This document shows positions 10,685-19,703 of a DNA stretch of 64,000 nucleotides, piece after piece (position 1 is the stretch's first letter; each line of letters starts with the position of its first letter). The stretch lies in the NCBI GenBank assembly GCA_963727825.1, contig CAVSHO010000010.1, forward strand, positions 64,001-128,000. Reading direction: 5' to 3'. The notes beneath the pieces are model-generated. The model made no database searches, was not told where the DNA came from, and was given only the letters and a program-made list of their open reading frames with translations. This stretch comes from Ignavibacteriota bacterium (GTDB lineage: Bacteria; Bacteroidota; Ignavibacteria; UBA10030). A program made the position numbers and the translations under genes.

Positions 10685-10762
10685 CTCCGTTTTAACTTAC
10701 ATTAATAATAAATTAGGTAATTGCGGCAATAAAATCAAACATCATTAGTATTCTTTTCTTGT

Positions 10763-10791
10763 TTGACTTAGAGGTGTTTTTTCAATATATT
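10763..10791 (+). promoter_or_regulatory. Sigma70-type promoter of the tRNA-Gln-prs-rplY operon
   Basis: TTGACT-17 bp-TATATT. Confidence 0.6.
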
Positions 10792-10797
10792 TTTATT

Positions 10798-10823
10798 CCA
10801 ACTCTTCGGGAGTTGGTTTTTTT
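10798..10823 (+). terminator. Terminator-like hairpin with U-tract just downstream of the promoter
   Basis: CCAACTC-TTCGG-GAGTTGG followed by T7. Confidence 0.4.
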
Positions 10824-10844
10824 GTATAGTAGTCCCGTTGCTAT

Positions 10845-10897
10845 TGGGGTGTAGCCAAGCGGTAAGGCATCCCGCTTTGCGGGACACTCTCAGGTTT
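10845..10897 (+). pseudogene. tRNA-Gln-like copy A (3' truncated, anticodon arm replaced)
   Basis: First 25 nt identical to the real tRNA-Gln, then TCCCG-CTTTG-CGGGA, then CACTCTCAGGTT. Ends in the T-loop. Confidence 0.85.
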
Positions 10898-10913
10898 TGT
10901 ATCGAGAAATTAT

Positions 10914-10985
10914 TGGGGTGTAGCCAAGCGGTAAGGCAGCGGCCTTTGGAGCCGCCACTCCCAGGTTCGAATCCTGGCACCCCAG
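10914..10985 (+). tRNA. tRNA-Gln (anticodon TTG), the only intact copy of the array
   Basis: Acceptor TGGGGTG/CACCCCA, anticodon arm GCGGC-CT TTG GA-GCCGC, T arm CCAGG-TTCGAAT-CCTGG. Confidence 0.95.
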
Positions 10986-11003
10986 CAAGTTGATTGGAAG
11001 AAA

Positions 11004-11075
11004 ATGTTTTTTGTCTATGTTCTCAAAAGTCTAAATGGAAATTCAACCTTTAAGGAAATTATTGAGATGGATTAG
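11004..11075 (+). pseudogene. Internally deleted copy of the GIY-YIG nuclease gene
   Basis: MFFVYVLKSL|NGNSTFKEIIEMD* is the first 10 residues fused to the C-terminal residues of the ORF at 11173-11415. Confidence 0.85.
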
Positions 11076-11153
11076 GCGGTAAGGTATCCCGCTATGTGGG
11101 ACACCCCCAGGTTCTCCCGAAGGGACTCCTTCGGAGGAATCCTGGCACCCCAG
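11063..11153 (+). pseudogene. tRNA-Gln-like copy C (degenerate 5' end, replaced anticodon arm, 22-bp insertion in T-loop)
   Basis: GCGGTAAGG...TCCCGCTATGTGGGA-CACCCCCAGGTTC[TCCCGAAGGGACTCCTTCGGAG]GAATCCTGGCACCCCAG. Confidence 0.85.
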
Positions 11154-11172
11154 CAAGTTGATTGAGATAAAA

Positions 11173-11415
11173 ATGTTTTTTATCTATGTTCTCAAAAGTT
11201 TAAAAGACAATAGATTCTATATTGGACAAACGAACAATTTTTTATCACGCCTTCGCAGACATAACGAAGGAAGAGTACAATCGACGAAATATCGAGTTCC
11301 GCTTATACTCGTGTATTCGGAAAATTATGCGACACGAAGTGAAGCTATGGCAAGAGAGAGATACTTAAAGAATCTTAATGGAAATTCAACCTTTAAGGAA
11401 ATTATTGGGGTGTAG
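11173..11415 (+). CDS. Stand-alone GIY-YIG nuclease (small YhbQ/SLX1-like type, 80 aa)
   Basis: FIYVL...FYIGQT...RLRRHN...ARERYLK retains the Tyr, Gly, Arg, His and Glu motif residues. The last codons GGG GTG TAG are the 5' end of tRNA copy D. Confidence 0.9.
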   Translation: MFFIYVLKSLKDNRFYIGQTNNFLSRLRRHNEGRVQSTKYRVPLILVYSENYATRSEAMARERYLKNLNGNSTFKEIIGV

Positions 11416-11498
11416 TATAGGCGATAAGGCATCCCGCTTTGCGAGACACTCCCAGGTTCTCCCGAAGGGACTCCTCCGGAGGAATCCTGGCACCCCAG
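11406..11498 (+). pseudogene. tRNA-Gln-like copy D (altered D arm, replaced anticodon arm, 22-bp T-loop insertion)
   Basis: TGGGGTGTAG...TCCCGCTTTGCGAGA-CACTCCCAGGTTC[TCCCGAAGGGACTCCTCCGGAG]GAATCCTGGCACCCCAG. Confidence 0.85.
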
Positions 11499-11553
11499 CG
11501 TTGTTTTGTTCTATGGAAAGAAATAAAATGAAAATAATCGAAAAAGGAATTCA

Positions 11554-12498
11554 ATGAGCGAACTGAAGATTTTTTCGGGACGGGCAAATCGCCCATTAGC
11601 TGAACAAATCTGCAAAGAAGCAAATGTTCCTCTTGGAGAAGCCGCCATTCAAACATTTAGCGATGGCGAACTTTGGGTCAAATATATCGAGAACATCCGT
11701 GGTGACGATGTCTTTATTATTCAACCGACACAGCCGCCAGCAGAGAATTTGATGGAGTTATTGATTATGCTTGATGCTGCAAAACGTGCATCAGCAAAAC
11801 GTGTTACTGCAGTTATTCCTTATTTCGGATACGCGCGTCAGGATAGAAAAGATCAGCCTCGCGTAGCAATCAGCGCGAAATTAGTCGCAAATTTGATTAC
11901 GGAAGCTGGAGCTGATCGTGTGATAACAATGGATTTACATACAGCGCAAATCCAGGGATTCTTCGATATTCCCATGGATCATTTGTATTCATCGGCTGTA
12001 CTTATCGAGTGCTTCAAAAAAATGGATATTTCAAATCTTGCGGTTGCTTCTCCAGATGTTGGAAGCATTAAAATGGCACGTTCCTACGCCAAGCGGCTTG
12101 GTGCAGATTTGATTTTAATAGATAAGCGTCGTCCGAAACAAAATGAAGCAGAGATAATGAATATTATCGGTAACGTCGAAGGAAAGACTATACTTATTGT
12201 TGACGACTTGATCGATACCGGCGGAACATTCGTCAACGCAGCACGAGCATTGCGCAATAATGGCGCGAAGGAAATTTTCGGTGCCTGCACACATCCGGTC
12301 TTATCCGGCGACGCGTACCAAAAAATAGAGAATTCGGTCGTCAAGAAAGTCGTCGTTACCGATACGCTTCCATTAAAACAAACAAGTGATAAGATTCATA
12401 TTCGCTCTATAGCTCATGTATTTGCAGAAGCGATTCTTCGTACACACAGGAATGAATCTATCAGCTCACTATTTGATATTGATAAAGACAAGACTTAA
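11554..12498 (+). CDS. prs: Ribose-phosphate pyrophosphokinase
   Basis: FSDGE, PYFGYARQDRK, MDLH, DDLIDTGGT. Confidence 0.97.
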   Translation: MSELKIFSGRANRPLAEQICKEANVPLGEAAIQTFSDGELWVKYIENIRGDDVFIIQPTQPPAENLMELLIMLDAAKRASAKRVTAVIPYFGYARQDRKDQPRVAISAKLVANLITEAGADRVITMDLHTAQIQGFFDIPMDHLYSSAVLIECFKKMDISNLAVASPDVGSIKMARSYAKRLGADLILIDKRRPKQNEAEIMNIIGNVEGKTILIVDDLIDTGGTFVNAARALRNNGAKEIFGACTHPVLSGDAYQKIENSVVKKVVVTDTLPLKQTSDKIHIRSIAHVFAEAILRTHRNESISSLFDIDKDKT

Positions 12499-12512
12499 CA
12501 AGGAGATACACA

Positions 12513-13241
12513 ATGTCTGAAATAACTTTAACTGCGGAAATTCGAAAAAATATCGGCAAACGTGTCCGCGCAATTCGTAAAACAGGTAAAGTGCCTGGAA
12601 TATATTATGGGCATGGACAGCAAAATATCCCTGTGTCACTGCCTGCACCAACACTCGCACCTTTGTATTCGACTTCAGAAATGCATGTTATCAACTTAAA
12701 ATTGGATGATGGCTCGTCTCACCTATGCGTTTTAAGAGATGTGCAAATTGATCCCGTTACTGAGAAACCTGTGCATTTCGATCTATTCGGCTTGAGCGAG
12801 AATGAAACACTCACTATCCAGATACCAGTAAAGCTGACGGGCGGCATTCCAAAGGGAGTTCGCGAAGGTGGAATCTTACAGCATGTTTTACACAAACTAG
12901 AAGTCTCATGCTTGCCAAAACACATACCTGATCACATAGAAATCAATGTCGAAGATCTGGCTATAAACCATTCTGTTCACGTGAAAGATTTAACTATTCC
13001 AAATGTTACAATTATGGAAAACGCAACGAGCACGATTGTTGCCGTCGTTCCGCCTGTGGTAGTGAAAGAACCAGAACCGATAACCGCCGTTGTACCGACT
13101 GCTGAAGCACTTGCCGAACCTGAAGTTATTTCCAAGGGCAAGAAACCCGAAGAAGGTGCCGAAGAGGTGGATGAGAAAAAGAAACCTGAAGAAAAGAAAA
13201 AAACTGAAGAAAAAAAGAAACCTGAAGAGAAGAAGAAGTAA
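12513..13241 (+). CDS. rplY: 50S ribosomal protein bL25 (Ctc/TL5 long form)
   Basis: GKVPGIYYG, HFDL, GVREGGILQ. Located between prs and pth. KKKPEE-type repeats at the C-terminus. Confidence 0.95.
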   Translation: MSEITLTAEIRKNIGKRVRAIRKTGKVPGIYYGHGQQNIPVSLPAPTLAPLYSTSEMHVINLKLDDGSSHLCVLRDVQIDPVTEKPVHFDLFGLSENETLTIQIPVKLTGGIPKGVREGGILQHVLHKLEVSCLPKHIPDHIEINVEDLAINHSVHVKDLTIPNVTIMENATSTIVAVVPPVVVKEPEPITAVVPTAEALAEPEVISKGKKPEEGAEEVDEKKKPEEKKKTEEKKKPEEKKK

Positions 13242-13262
13242 TTTTTTATTCATCAGAATTTT

Positions 13263-13856
13263 ATGTATCTCATCGTCGGTTTGGGAAATCCAGGAAATGA
13301 ATATGTCCAGACGAGGCATAATGTGGGTTTTCTTGTTGCCGATCAACTTGCCGCATCTATGAATACACAATTTCATGCTGGTAAAGGCGAGTTTTGGTTG
13401 GCAGAATGTTCTTTGAAGAATGTCGAGGTCACGGTTTTAAAACCTGTGACTTATATGAATAATAGCGGAATCGCGGTTCAGGAATTTTTTGAGCAACAAC
13501 AAATCGCATTGGAAAACATTTTGATAATATGTGATGATTTTCAGTTGCCTTTAGGGACAATTCGACTCCGTAAAGATGGTTCCGATAGCGGCCATAATGG
13601 ACTATCGTCTGTTATCTATCATTTGCAGACCGATCAATTTGCAAGACTACGATGCGGAATTGCCTCTATGAGTATGCCGCCAGAGAAATCGAAAATGAAA
13701 GATTTCGTGCTCGACAGGTTTCCAGAATCCGAGTTGAGAATAGTGGAAAACATGGTTGAGCGAGCTAGAGACGCCAGTATATCGTTTGTTATGGATGGCA
13801 TAGACCAAGCAATGAATAAGTTTAATGCCAAACAAGAGGAAGAATTATTTACTTAA
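13263..13856 (+). CDS. pth: Peptidyl-tRNA hydrolase
   Basis: LIVGLGNPG..Y..TRHNVGF, KPVTYMNNSG, GHNGL. Confidence 0.97.
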   Translation: MYLIVGLGNPGNEYVQTRHNVGFLVADQLAASMNTQFHAGKGEFWLAECSLKNVEVTVLKPVTYMNNSGIAVQEFFEQQQIALENILIICDDFQLPLGTIRLRKDGSDSGHNGLSSVIYHLQTDQFARLRCGIASMSMPPEKSKMKDFVLDRFPESELRIVENMVERARDASISFVMDGIDQAMNKFNAKQEEELFT

Positions 13857-13860
13857 ACAA

Positions 13861-13925
13861 CCCTGCCCTCTCATTTGAAAATTAATTTCGTATTGAGCGG
13901 GCCTAATTATAACAAGTCCAAAGGG
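13861..13925 (+). promoter_or_regulatory. Putative S6:S18 ribosomal-protein leader RNA
   Basis: CCCT...AGGG basal stem covering the rpsF RBS, inner GCCC-TCTCA/TGAGC-GGGC stem, and an unpaired C-containing segment after it. Confidence 0.55.
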
Positions 13926-13934
13926 AACATATCT

Positions 13935-14399
13935 ATGGAAAAAAAGAAAAACATATATGAGACAACGTTCATTGTGAACGCCAGCCTCGATGATCCGCAA
14001 ATCGATGCCATTATCGAGAAAGTACAAGAAGTCATCATTAAAAATAGCGGTGAGATCATGGAGCTGGCAAAATGGGGACGCAAGCGATTTGCCTATGCCA
14101 TCAAAAAGAAGAACAATGGTTTTTATGTTGTCTGTGAGTTCAAGGCTTCCGGTGATCTCATTGCACGCCTTGAGCGATTCTTTCTGCTCGAAGAGAACAT
14201 TATTCGCTTTCTTATTATTGGATTAGATAAAAAAGCACTGCAAGCCCGTATCTCTGGAAATGATCTGATGAAACTATCAGCACCGGCAATTCCATCGACA
14301 AGCGGTTCGCCGCTTATTGCAGCTATTCCAGACGTGGACTCCGATATCCCCGAGGCTTTAGAAACTCCAATAGATTTTATAACACCAAACGAAGCTTGA
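13935..14399 (+). CDS. rpsF: 30S ribosomal protein bS6 (with C-terminal extension)
   Basis: YETTFIV, WGRKRFAYAIKK, GFY, IIRFLI. Start set at ATG 13935 after the AAGGGA RBS. Confidence 0.95.
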   Translation: MEKKKNIYETTFIVNASLDDPQIDAIIEKVQEVIIKNSGEIMELAKWGRKRFAYAIKKKNNGFYVVCEFKASGDLIARLERFFLLEENIIRFLIIGLDKKALQARISGNDLMKLSAPAIPSTSGSPLIAAIPDVDSDIPEALETPIDFITPNEA

Positions 14400-14434
14400 T
14401 TTTTCACGACGAAAGATAAGGAAGGACAAACATA

Positions 14435-14797
14435 ATGGCTATGTCATCTCAATCAAAAACACCATATTCACGAGGACAGCAGCGAGGATCACAAAGTGGA
14501 CCACAGCGTGGTGGCAGCGGCGGATATCGACGCGACTCTTCTCCAAATGGACAGCGATCAACTAATCGCCAACAACAACAGAGGAAGAAACGAACATGCA
14601 GATTCTGTGATTCAAAAGATGTCTATATCGATTACAAGAATGAGAAACGTCTTCAACGCTTCGTTTCTGAACAAGGGAAAATTATCCCGCGCCGTATTAC
14701 TGGAACTTGCGCACATCATCAACGTCAGCTTGTTACTGCTATCAAACGCGCGCGGCACTTAGCTTTAATTTCCTTTGTTAATGACGCTGTGAGTTAA
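14435..14797 (+). CDS. rpsR: 30S ribosomal protein bS18 (Zn-binding form, Gly/Arg/Gln-rich N-extension)
   Basis: [36 protein letters not shown]. Confidence 0.96.
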   Translation: MAMSSQSKTPYSRGQQRGSQSGPQRGGSGGYRRDSSPNGQRSTNRQQQQRKKRTCRFCDSKDVYIDYKNEKRLQRFVSEQGKIIPRRITGTCAHHQRQLVTAIKRARHLALISFVNDAVS

Positions 14798-14835
14798 GCG
14801 ATTCTTATCATGAATGTATGTAAAAGGAGTACACA

Positions 14836-15279
14836 ATGAAGGTAATTCTAAGAAAAGATTCTGAAAAGCTAGGCCACGTCAGCGAAGTAGTTTCTGTTAA
14901 AGATGGATATGCGCGTAATTATCTTATACCTCGCGGTATTGCATACGAGGCTACTGACGGCAGTCTTCGCCAATTAGAAGAAGAGAAAAAGCAACAAGCG
15001 CGTCGGACAGATAAGGAACATACTCAAGCTGAAACCCTTGCTGCAAATCTTGAAAAAATTTCAATCACGATTAAAATGAAAGTTGGCGAAGAAGAAAAAC
15101 TATTTGGCTCCGTTACGGCTCAAATGATTGCTGACGCACTTATCGAGAAAGAAATAGCAATTGATAAACGTCAGATACAGCTTGAAGAGCCTCTTAAAGC
15201 CCTCGGCATTTACGATGTTCCAGTTAAACTTTCTGGAGGCGTGACTGGTAAAATTAAGGTATGGATTGTAAGGGAATAA
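14836..15279 (+). CDS. rplI: 50S ribosomal protein bL9
   Basis: MKVIL, VKDGYARNYLIPRG, KLFGSVT. Confidence 0.97.
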   Translation: MKVILRKDSEKLGHVSEVVSVKDGYARNYLIPRGIAYEATDGSLRQLEEEKKQQARRTDKEHTQAETLAANLEKISITIKMKVGEEEKLFGSVTAQMIADALIEKEIAIDKRQIQLEEPLKALGIYDVPVKLSGGVTGKIKVWIVRE

Positions 15280-15315
15280 CAGAGCGTTTCCTTTCTTTGT
15301 AAAAAGTATAATTGT

Positions 15316-15345
15316 AAAGGCAGCGTTACATACGCTGCCTTTTTT
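15316..15345 (+). terminator. Rho-independent terminator
   Basis: AAAGGCAGCGT-TACAT-ACGCTGCCTTT followed by T run. Confidence 0.85.
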
Positions 15346-15467
15346 CTTACAAGTAGGGATTTATTTTTACAAATAGAATGTTTTATAAGTAGATAAAAAA
15401 ATTATGGGTACGTTTCTTTCGATGATTTTAATACATTAAAATGTTTGGCAAATAAGAAAGAAATATA

Positions 15468-17313
15468 ATGGCAGGAAATAAACCCCAGCTTCTTAATGAA
15501 GTTACTATTCGATTTGCTGGTGACTCCGGCGATGGAATGCAGCTAACTGGTACTCAGTTCACTAACACAGCTGCTTTTATAGGCAATGATTTAAGCACGC
15601 TGCCTGATTATCCTGCAGAAATTCGTGCACCGCAAGGAACTACTTCCGGCGTAAGTGGATTTCAAATTCACTTTGGGAGTGTTGAAATCAACACACCCGG
15701 CGATTTTTGTGATGTTCTTGTTGCAATGAATGCAGCTGCACTTAAAGTCAACCTATTTCGACTCGTAAAAGGCGGCTCAATCATAGTTAATATCGACGGG
15801 TTTAATGATAAGAATCTTAAACTCGCACAATATGCCACCAACCCGTTGAAAGACGGCTCACTTTCTGACTATCAGTTATATGAAGTTGATATTACAAAGT
15901 TGACAACAATCGCACTTCAGGAGATGAACCTTTCCAGCAAACTTGTTGACCGATCAAAAAACTTTTTTGCATTGGGGATGATGTACTGGATGTACAATCT
16001 TCCTCTTGAAACAACACTTAAGTGGATCTCCGAAAAATTTAATAAAAAGATAGATATTCGCGATGCAAATACACGCGTGTTGAAAGCCGGATGGAACTAC
16101 GCTGAGACAACAGAAATATTTAAAGTCCGCTATCAAGTTGCACCGGCAAAACTTGCACCGGGAAATTATCGCAATATCACAGGCAACCAAGCCGCTGCTT
16201 GGGGATTGATGACTGCAGCAAAGAAAGCAAACCTCGACCTCTTTCTTGGCAGCTATCCAATCACACCTGCAAGTGAAATTCTGCACGAACTTTCCATGCA
16301 CAAAAACTTTGGAGTGAAAACTTTTCAGGCAGAAGATGAAATTGCAGGAATCACTTCTGCGATTGGCGCTTCTTTCGCCGGAGCGTTAGGTGCAACAACA
16401 ACAAGCGGGCCTGGTCTTTCATTAAAGACTGAAGCGCTTGGACTTGCAGTAATGGTAGAATTGCCGCTCGTTGTAGTGGATGTGCAGCGCGGTGGACCAA
16501 GCACTGGATTACCAACGAAAACAGAACAGGCAGACTTGCTTCAAGTCGTTTATGGGCGCAATGGTGAGGCTCCGATCCCTATTAGTTGCCGCCGCTACGC
16601 CAGCAGATTGTTTCAACGCTGTCTTTGAATCTGCGCGTATCGCAATTAAATATATGACTCCTGTTATTTGTTTGACGGATGGATATCTCGGCAATGGCTC
16701 TGAACCATGGTTAATTCCAGATTATAAGAAACTCCCAGATATTTCTCCCCATTTCAGAACTAATCCCGAAGGATTTCTCCCATACTCGCGAGATGAAGTG
16801 ACGCTTGCACGGCCATGGGCAATCCCCGGTACACCTGGACTTGAACATCGTATAGGTGGTTTGGAAAAACAGAATCTCTCCGGCAATATAGATTATTCAC
16901 CAAAGAATCATGATCTTATGACGCGTTTACGAGCAGAAAAAATTTCACGTATTGCAGATGATATTCCATTAGCAGAAGTTGAAGGCGATCAGCGAGGAGA
17001 TGTTTTGGTGGTTGGCTGGGGAAGCACTTATGGAGCTATCAGAGCCGCAGTGCTGCGTCATCGATTAAAGGGACATTCTGTTTCACATCTACACCTGCGG
17101 TACATTAATCCGATGCAAAAGAATGTTGGCGAGATATTATCTCAGTTCAATACTATTTTAGTCCCTGAATTGAACTTAGGGCAACTCATCAAAATCTTGA
17201 GATCTAATTATCTTGTGCCAGCGGTTGGACTGAACAAAATACAGGGACTACCATTTAAAACAGAAGAGATCGAAATGAAAGTCGGTGAGATTTTACAAAG
17301 GGAAAAATCATGA
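15468..17313 (+). CDS. korA: 2-oxoacid:ferredoxin oxidoreductase alpha subunit, split by one extra base near 16583
   Basis: [34 protein letters not shown]. Then ...GEAPIPI(+1 nt)[10 protein letters not shown] continues in the 16480-17313 frame to HRIGGLEK. Confidence 0.9.
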
Positions 17314-18362
17314 GCACACTTATTAATAATATTCCATTGCAATTGACTTCTTCAGGAACCGACAAGTTCACATCAAAGGATTTACAGAGCGATCAAGAAG
17401 TTCGATGGTGTCCAGGGTGTGGCGACTATTCGATCCTTGCTCAGGCACAGCGCATTATGCCGGATTTAGGAATTCCAAGACATAAAATAGTTTTCATTTC
17501 CGGCATCGGCTGCTCCAGCCGGTTCCCATACTATATGAATACCTACGGATTCCATAGTATTCATGGGCGCGCCACATCGATCGCATCGGGTGTAAAACTT
17601 GCCCGTCCAGATCTTTCTGTCTGGGTGGTTACAGGAGACGGCGATGGCATGAGTATTGGCGGTAATCATTTGATCCACCTGCTTCGCCGCAACATCGACA
17701 TCAAAGTTCTTTTATTCAACAATCAAATTTATGGATTGACGAAAGGCCAGTATTCGCCAACTTCAGAAAAAGGTAAGATTACTAAGTCTACACCGTTTGG
17801 TTCATTAGATTACCCTTTCAATCCAATATCACTTGCTCTTGGTGCTAGTGCAACTTTTGCGGCACGAACAATTGATCGGGATCAAAAGCACTTGCAACTG
17901 ATTCTAAAACGTGCCGCAGAACATGTTGGAACCTCGTTTATTGAAATTTATCAAAACTGCATTGTTTTCAATGACGGAACCTTCTCGCAATTCACTGATA
18001 AGGACATAAAAGACGATAATGTAGTTTTGCTTGAGCACGGCAAGCCGCTTATCTTTGGCAAAGAGAAAGACAAAGGCATTAAACTGAATGGATTTACTCC
18101 AGAGATTGTTTCACTCAAAAACGGAAAACATTCGATTAACGATTTGCTTGTGCACAATGAGAATGACACAACGCTCTCATTTATTCTTGCAGATATGACT
18201 TATCACACACATCTGCCTCGACCAATTGGTGTGTTTCTTTCTATTGAGCGGCCAACATATGAAACCGAGATGCAGCACCAAATTGAGTTCTCAAAAACGA
18301 CACAGGGCGAAGGAAATATTGAATCGCTTCTAAATTCCGGAGAAACTTGGACAATTCAATAA
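17310..18362 (+). CDS. korB: 2-oxoacid:ferredoxin oxidoreductase beta subunit
   Basis: WCPGCGD, SGIGCSSR, TGDGDG, NNQIYGLTKGQYSPT. Confidence 0.95.
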   Translation: MSTLINNIPLQLTSSGTDKFTSKDLQSDQEVRWCPGCGDYSILAQAQRIMPDLGIPRHKIVFISGIGCSSRFPYYMNTYGFHSIHGRATSIASGVKLARPDLSVWVVTGDGDGMSIGGNHLIHLLRRNIDIKVLLFNNQIYGLTKGQYSPTSEKGKITKSTPFGSLDYPFNPISLALGASATFAARTIDRDQKHLQLILKRAAEHVGTSFIEIYQNCIVFNDGTFSQFTDKDIKDDNVVLLEHGKPLIFGKEKDKGIKLNGFTPEIVSLKNGKHSINDLLVHNENDTTLSFILADMTYHTHLPRPIGVFLSIERPTYETEMQHQIEFSKTTQGEGNIESLLNSGETWTIQ

Positions 18363-18451
18363 TTTTTTTTCCCCTTAACGCGGGGTGTGGTTGCGAGGAA
18401 GAGATCATACCTTTTTTCACTAAAATGGCTATTATAAAATGAGGGTTCGCA

Positions 18452-19438
18452 TTGCCAATTCAGTTTGAAACATTTCGGACAATTGTTGAATCGCACTCGC
18501 GCTTTGTACTGACTACACATGTCTATCCAGATGGCGATGGTCTCGGCACCGAAGTTGCACTTGCCATCTATCTCAAGCAACAAGGAAAACAAGCAACGAT
18601 TCTAAATTATAGTGCAACACCTGAAAATTATCTATTCCTTGCGCAATTTTATCCTATCATTCAATTCGATCCCTCCCAGCATTCACAAATTATAGAAAAT
18701 GCGGAAGTGATTATTGTCTTGGATACTAATCACCTCGATAGATTAGTAACGATGAAGCCGGTTCTTTTATCGAGCAAAGCCGTAAAGATCTGCATCGATC
18801 ATCATCTTGAACCGGGAGAATTTGCCGATCTCTATATCTTAGATGATTCTTCTACGGCTACAGGAGAAATTATTTTTCGACTTTTAAGTTACTTGATCGG
18901 CAGCAACATCGATCGCGAAACAGCAATTGCACTCTATACTGCAATTATGACTGATAGTGGATCATTCCGATATCCAAAAACAGATACGGAAACACATAAA
19001 ATTATTGCTCAACTTGTTCAGATGGGAGCAAACCCTGTTGCAATTTACGAAGATGTCTATGAACGCGGTTCCATCAATCGCATTCACCTGCTTGGATTAG
19101 CGCTTGCAAATATGCAAACTGCACATGATGGAAAGCTTGCCTACATCGTTCTTACACATGAAATGCTTGATTCAACTCATGCTACAGAAATGGATACTGA
19201 AGCGTTTGTGCCGTACACTTTGTCAATTGACGGAGTTCAAATTGGATTGATGTTTTCAGAGACGAATGGAATTGTGAAAATCAACTTCCGCTCGAAAGGC
19301 GATATCTGGGTTAATGAGTTGGCAAAGGAATTTGGCGGGAATGGGCATAAGAATGCTGCCGGCGCTCGTATACCAAATGCAAAATTAGATGAAGTTGTAG
19401 CGCAAGTATTAGAACATGCTGGTTTGTATATTATTTGA
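18452..19438 (+). CDS. nrnA: DHH/DHHA1 bifunctional oligoribonuclease/PAP phosphatase
   Basis: HVYPDGDG, IDHH, TDSGSF, GGNGHKNAAG. Confidence 0.9.
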   Translation: MPIQFETFRTIVESHSRFVLTTHVYPDGDGLGTEVALAIYLKQQGKQATILNYSATPENYLFLAQFYPIIQFDPSQHSQIIENAEVIIVLDTNHLDRLVTMKPVLLSSKAVKICIDHHLEPGEFADLYILDDSSTATGEIIFRLLSYLIGSNIDRETAIALYTAIMTDSGSFRYPKTDTETHKIIAQLVQMGANPVAIYEDVYERGSINRIHLLGLALANMQTAHDGKLAYIVLTHEMLDSTHATEMDTEAFVPYTLSIDGVQIGLMFSETNGIVKINFRSKGDIWVNELAKEFGGNGHKNAAGARIPNAKLDEVVAQVLEHAGLYII

Positions 19439-19703
19439 GAAGAATAAACAAGACCTTAAGTTTTACTTTGTTGATATCTAAATAAACTGCCTCGGGACTT
19501 ATTACAAGATAGGCTATCAGTTTATTTTGGATTTCTGGCCACAACATCCCTTTCCGCATAAGCTCGATGAGCATTTACAAGCAGGTTAGGATACCGAATA
19601 TTGCTCATGTTGCGTTCCATAAGATATAAATGATAACTTATTGTTTTTTCTCATAACAATTTATTACATTTTACCTGATTGTTATATTGAAAGGAATAAT
19701 TAC

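Noticed and set aside
10768-10980. 70-aa minus-strand ORF (and 11402-11656)
   Set aside because: These are antisense translations of tRNA sequence.
10845-11498. CRISPR array or integrative element (attL/attR) interpretation of the repeats
   Set aside because: The repeats are tRNA-derived, the spacers are related to each other (nuclease fragments), and no cas or integrase gene is in the window.
11063-11498. Copies C/D as intron-containing or suppressor tRNAs
   Set aside because: They have no 7-nt anticodon loop and degenerate D arms. The 22-bp insert is too small for a self-splicing intron and shows no bulge-helix-bulge.
13875-13934. Upstream TTG start for rpsF
   Set aside because: Homology and the RBS point to ATG 13935. 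This segment is better explained as leader RNA.
16570-16600. Programmed frameshift in korA
   Set aside because: No slippery sequence or stimulator is visible, and similar single-base breaks recur elsewhere in the contig.
19535-19620. attC-like or riboswitch structure upstream of the orphan membrane gene
   Set aside because: Only an ATGAGCA/TGCTCAT stem is present. The R boxes do not fit, and I recognise no aptamer.
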